Part shown: positions 62,374 through 64,000 of the stretch, piece by piece
How the letters are laid out: every line of letters begins with the position of its first letter
Numbering within the stretch: position 1 is the stretch's first letter
Notes under the pieces: generated by a model
Database searches by the model: none
The model's input: only the letters and a program-made list of their open reading frames with translations
What the model was told of the DNA's origin: nothing
Translations under genes and position numbers: made by a program
NCBI RefSeq assembly: GCF_016432865.1
Contig: NC_067401.1
Location: forward strand, 110,112,001 to 110,176,000
From: Antechinus flavipes
Taxonomy: Eukaryota
Reading direction: 5' to 3'
Length of the DNA: 64,000 nt

Positions 62374-63451
62374 AAGAATGTACAATCCTATTGCCTATTA
62401 CTTGCCTGGCATTCAAAGGCATTCATAGTCAGATGTGACCTTAACTCTCCAGTCTTTTTCTGTTCACATAAATTCCTTTGAGAGCAAAGAGTGTACATTT
62501 TCTGTATTTCCTTTATATCTCTCGTATTAAAAGGCATATAGTACATAATTAATAGTTATTGATTGATGTTTAAAGAAAGCTGACATAATTGAAAAGTAGG
62601 ATCTTGACCCAATTGCCTGAGTGCAAAGTGGTATAAGGTTTTCCTAGAGCCATCTAGAAAATTTGGAATACTGTTTGTAATCGTCTCCAAATCTGTTATA
62701 TATTTTAATTCTTTCAACTAATGAGTTAATTGACTATATTCTTTATAGTTGTCTTCAGAGTCAAAATAAAGTCTCAAAGACTGCCCCTTTAGAAAAGTTG
62801 TTTGCAGTGTGCTCTAAACTTTGCCTTTTCTCCAGGAGGATGGAATGTGAATTAGGCCTTGATCTTTTTTTTTTTTTTTAACTCATATTTGTATAGTGGT
62901 TTATATTTTTCAAAGTGAGTTCACATTCATTTTTTCATGTGAACCATTTAAAAGTCCTATAAAACAGAGCAAGTAGTACAGGTAGTATTATCCCCACTTG
63001 TCAGATGAGGAAACAGATTGCAGTTTTAAGTGCGGGTGATTAATTTCCTCTAATCCTTTTTACAATCTCAAAGTGAATTAATATAACTGTAAGAAGGTCT
63101 GCTCAGCCCTTTTTTGTCAGTGGATTTTTTTTTAAAGCAGTATTTTTAGATGCTGAGCTTAAGGGCAATAGCAGAACTAGAATCTTAGAATTTACTTCCA
63201 ATTCATTATCACTCTTTCTCCCAGGAGAAAAGTCATCTAGCCCTTTCCAGGCCTAAATCATTTTCTTCATTATATTTCTCTTCTAAATTTCTGGCTCTGG
63301 TCCACTTCCAGTAACATTCTTTTGATATAGTTAGAACCTATGGGAGATGAGTATCTAATACCAGAAAACGGTGTTGTTTGGGAATGTCCTTTTTAGAAAA
63401 AAATGAATTCAGAGATATGCTGTGTGATGTCTTCTCTGTTCATATTTTCAG

Positions 63452-63529
63452 GTTGGCTTCACCAGTGCCCCTGGGCAGGGTGGAATTCTGGCGCAGCGAG
63501 AATTTGATAGGAGATTCTCTCCCCATTTC
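63452..63529 (+). CDS. SSR2: SSR2 exon 5 (final TM-encoding exon lies beyond the window)
   Basis: [26 protein letters not shown]; donor TTC|GTAAGT; 78 nt. Confidence 0.96.
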
Positions 63530-64000
63530 GTAAGTTTCACAATGATCCTTTCCATACTTTGTCTTTTCCCTGGCATGAGAAGACATTCAACCCTGGCTTT
63601 GGGTTTTCTCCATATTATAGCCCCAAGATTTCTTATTATTCCTTTCTTGGGTTGATTTTTGCTTTATCTATTGGTTGGTCTCTGATGAAATATAACCACA
63701 AGATTGTTATTGTACTTGGAAATTTCAAAAATGGGAATTTAACCCCAAGAACCTGTCCTTTCTTTCTTATCATTTGACTTTCTATGATTTTAGAATCCTG
63801 AATCCCATATGAGATTCAGTAGTTATGGAGAGTGTGGAGAGAGTTATGGAGAGTGATATCCCGTTCCCTAGAGCTCTTTTCATAGCCTCATTGTGGTGTG
63901 GAAGTATATCTTGAATTTTCCAAGCTTATGCTTGTGCATAAGCCAGTGCAGCATAGGCTGTGACAGCTTCCAGAAAGCTAGTAAAGTTTTACAGAGAGAC

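Overview
Marsupial genomic DNA, probably dasyurid: it carries WSINE1/MAR1 SINEs, marsupial L1/RTE pieces and an OC1-like hAT MITE. The gene order matches human 1q22: MEX3A (+, 5' part upstream of the window), RAB25 (-), LAMTOR2 (-), UBQLN4 (+) and SSR2 (+, last exon beyond the window). I placed every coding exon by hand from splice sites and protein similarity, and all reading frames close correctly: RAB25 213 aa, LAMTOR2 125 aa, UBQLN4 640 aa. The best candidate for something undescribed is a spliced minus-strand unit between UBQLN4 and SSR2, head-to-head with SSR2. It has phase-0 exons, a tandem stop and its own AATAAA, and would encode a 92-104 aa protein with one hydrophobic segment. This rests on sequence signals alone and needs RNA-seq. 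Other notable items: a U12-type intron in SSR2 hosting an hAT MITE with a perfect 8-bp TSD; an ERSE-like element at the SSR2 promoter; a sense-oriented solo LTR in RAB25 intron 2; tandem MEX-3 recognition elements in the MEX3A 3'UTR; and low-complexity expansions plus a possible GUG-initiated RG-rich extension in UBQLN4. Repeat family names and comparisons to human proteins are from memory, not database searches. There is a 254-N gap at 8112-8365.
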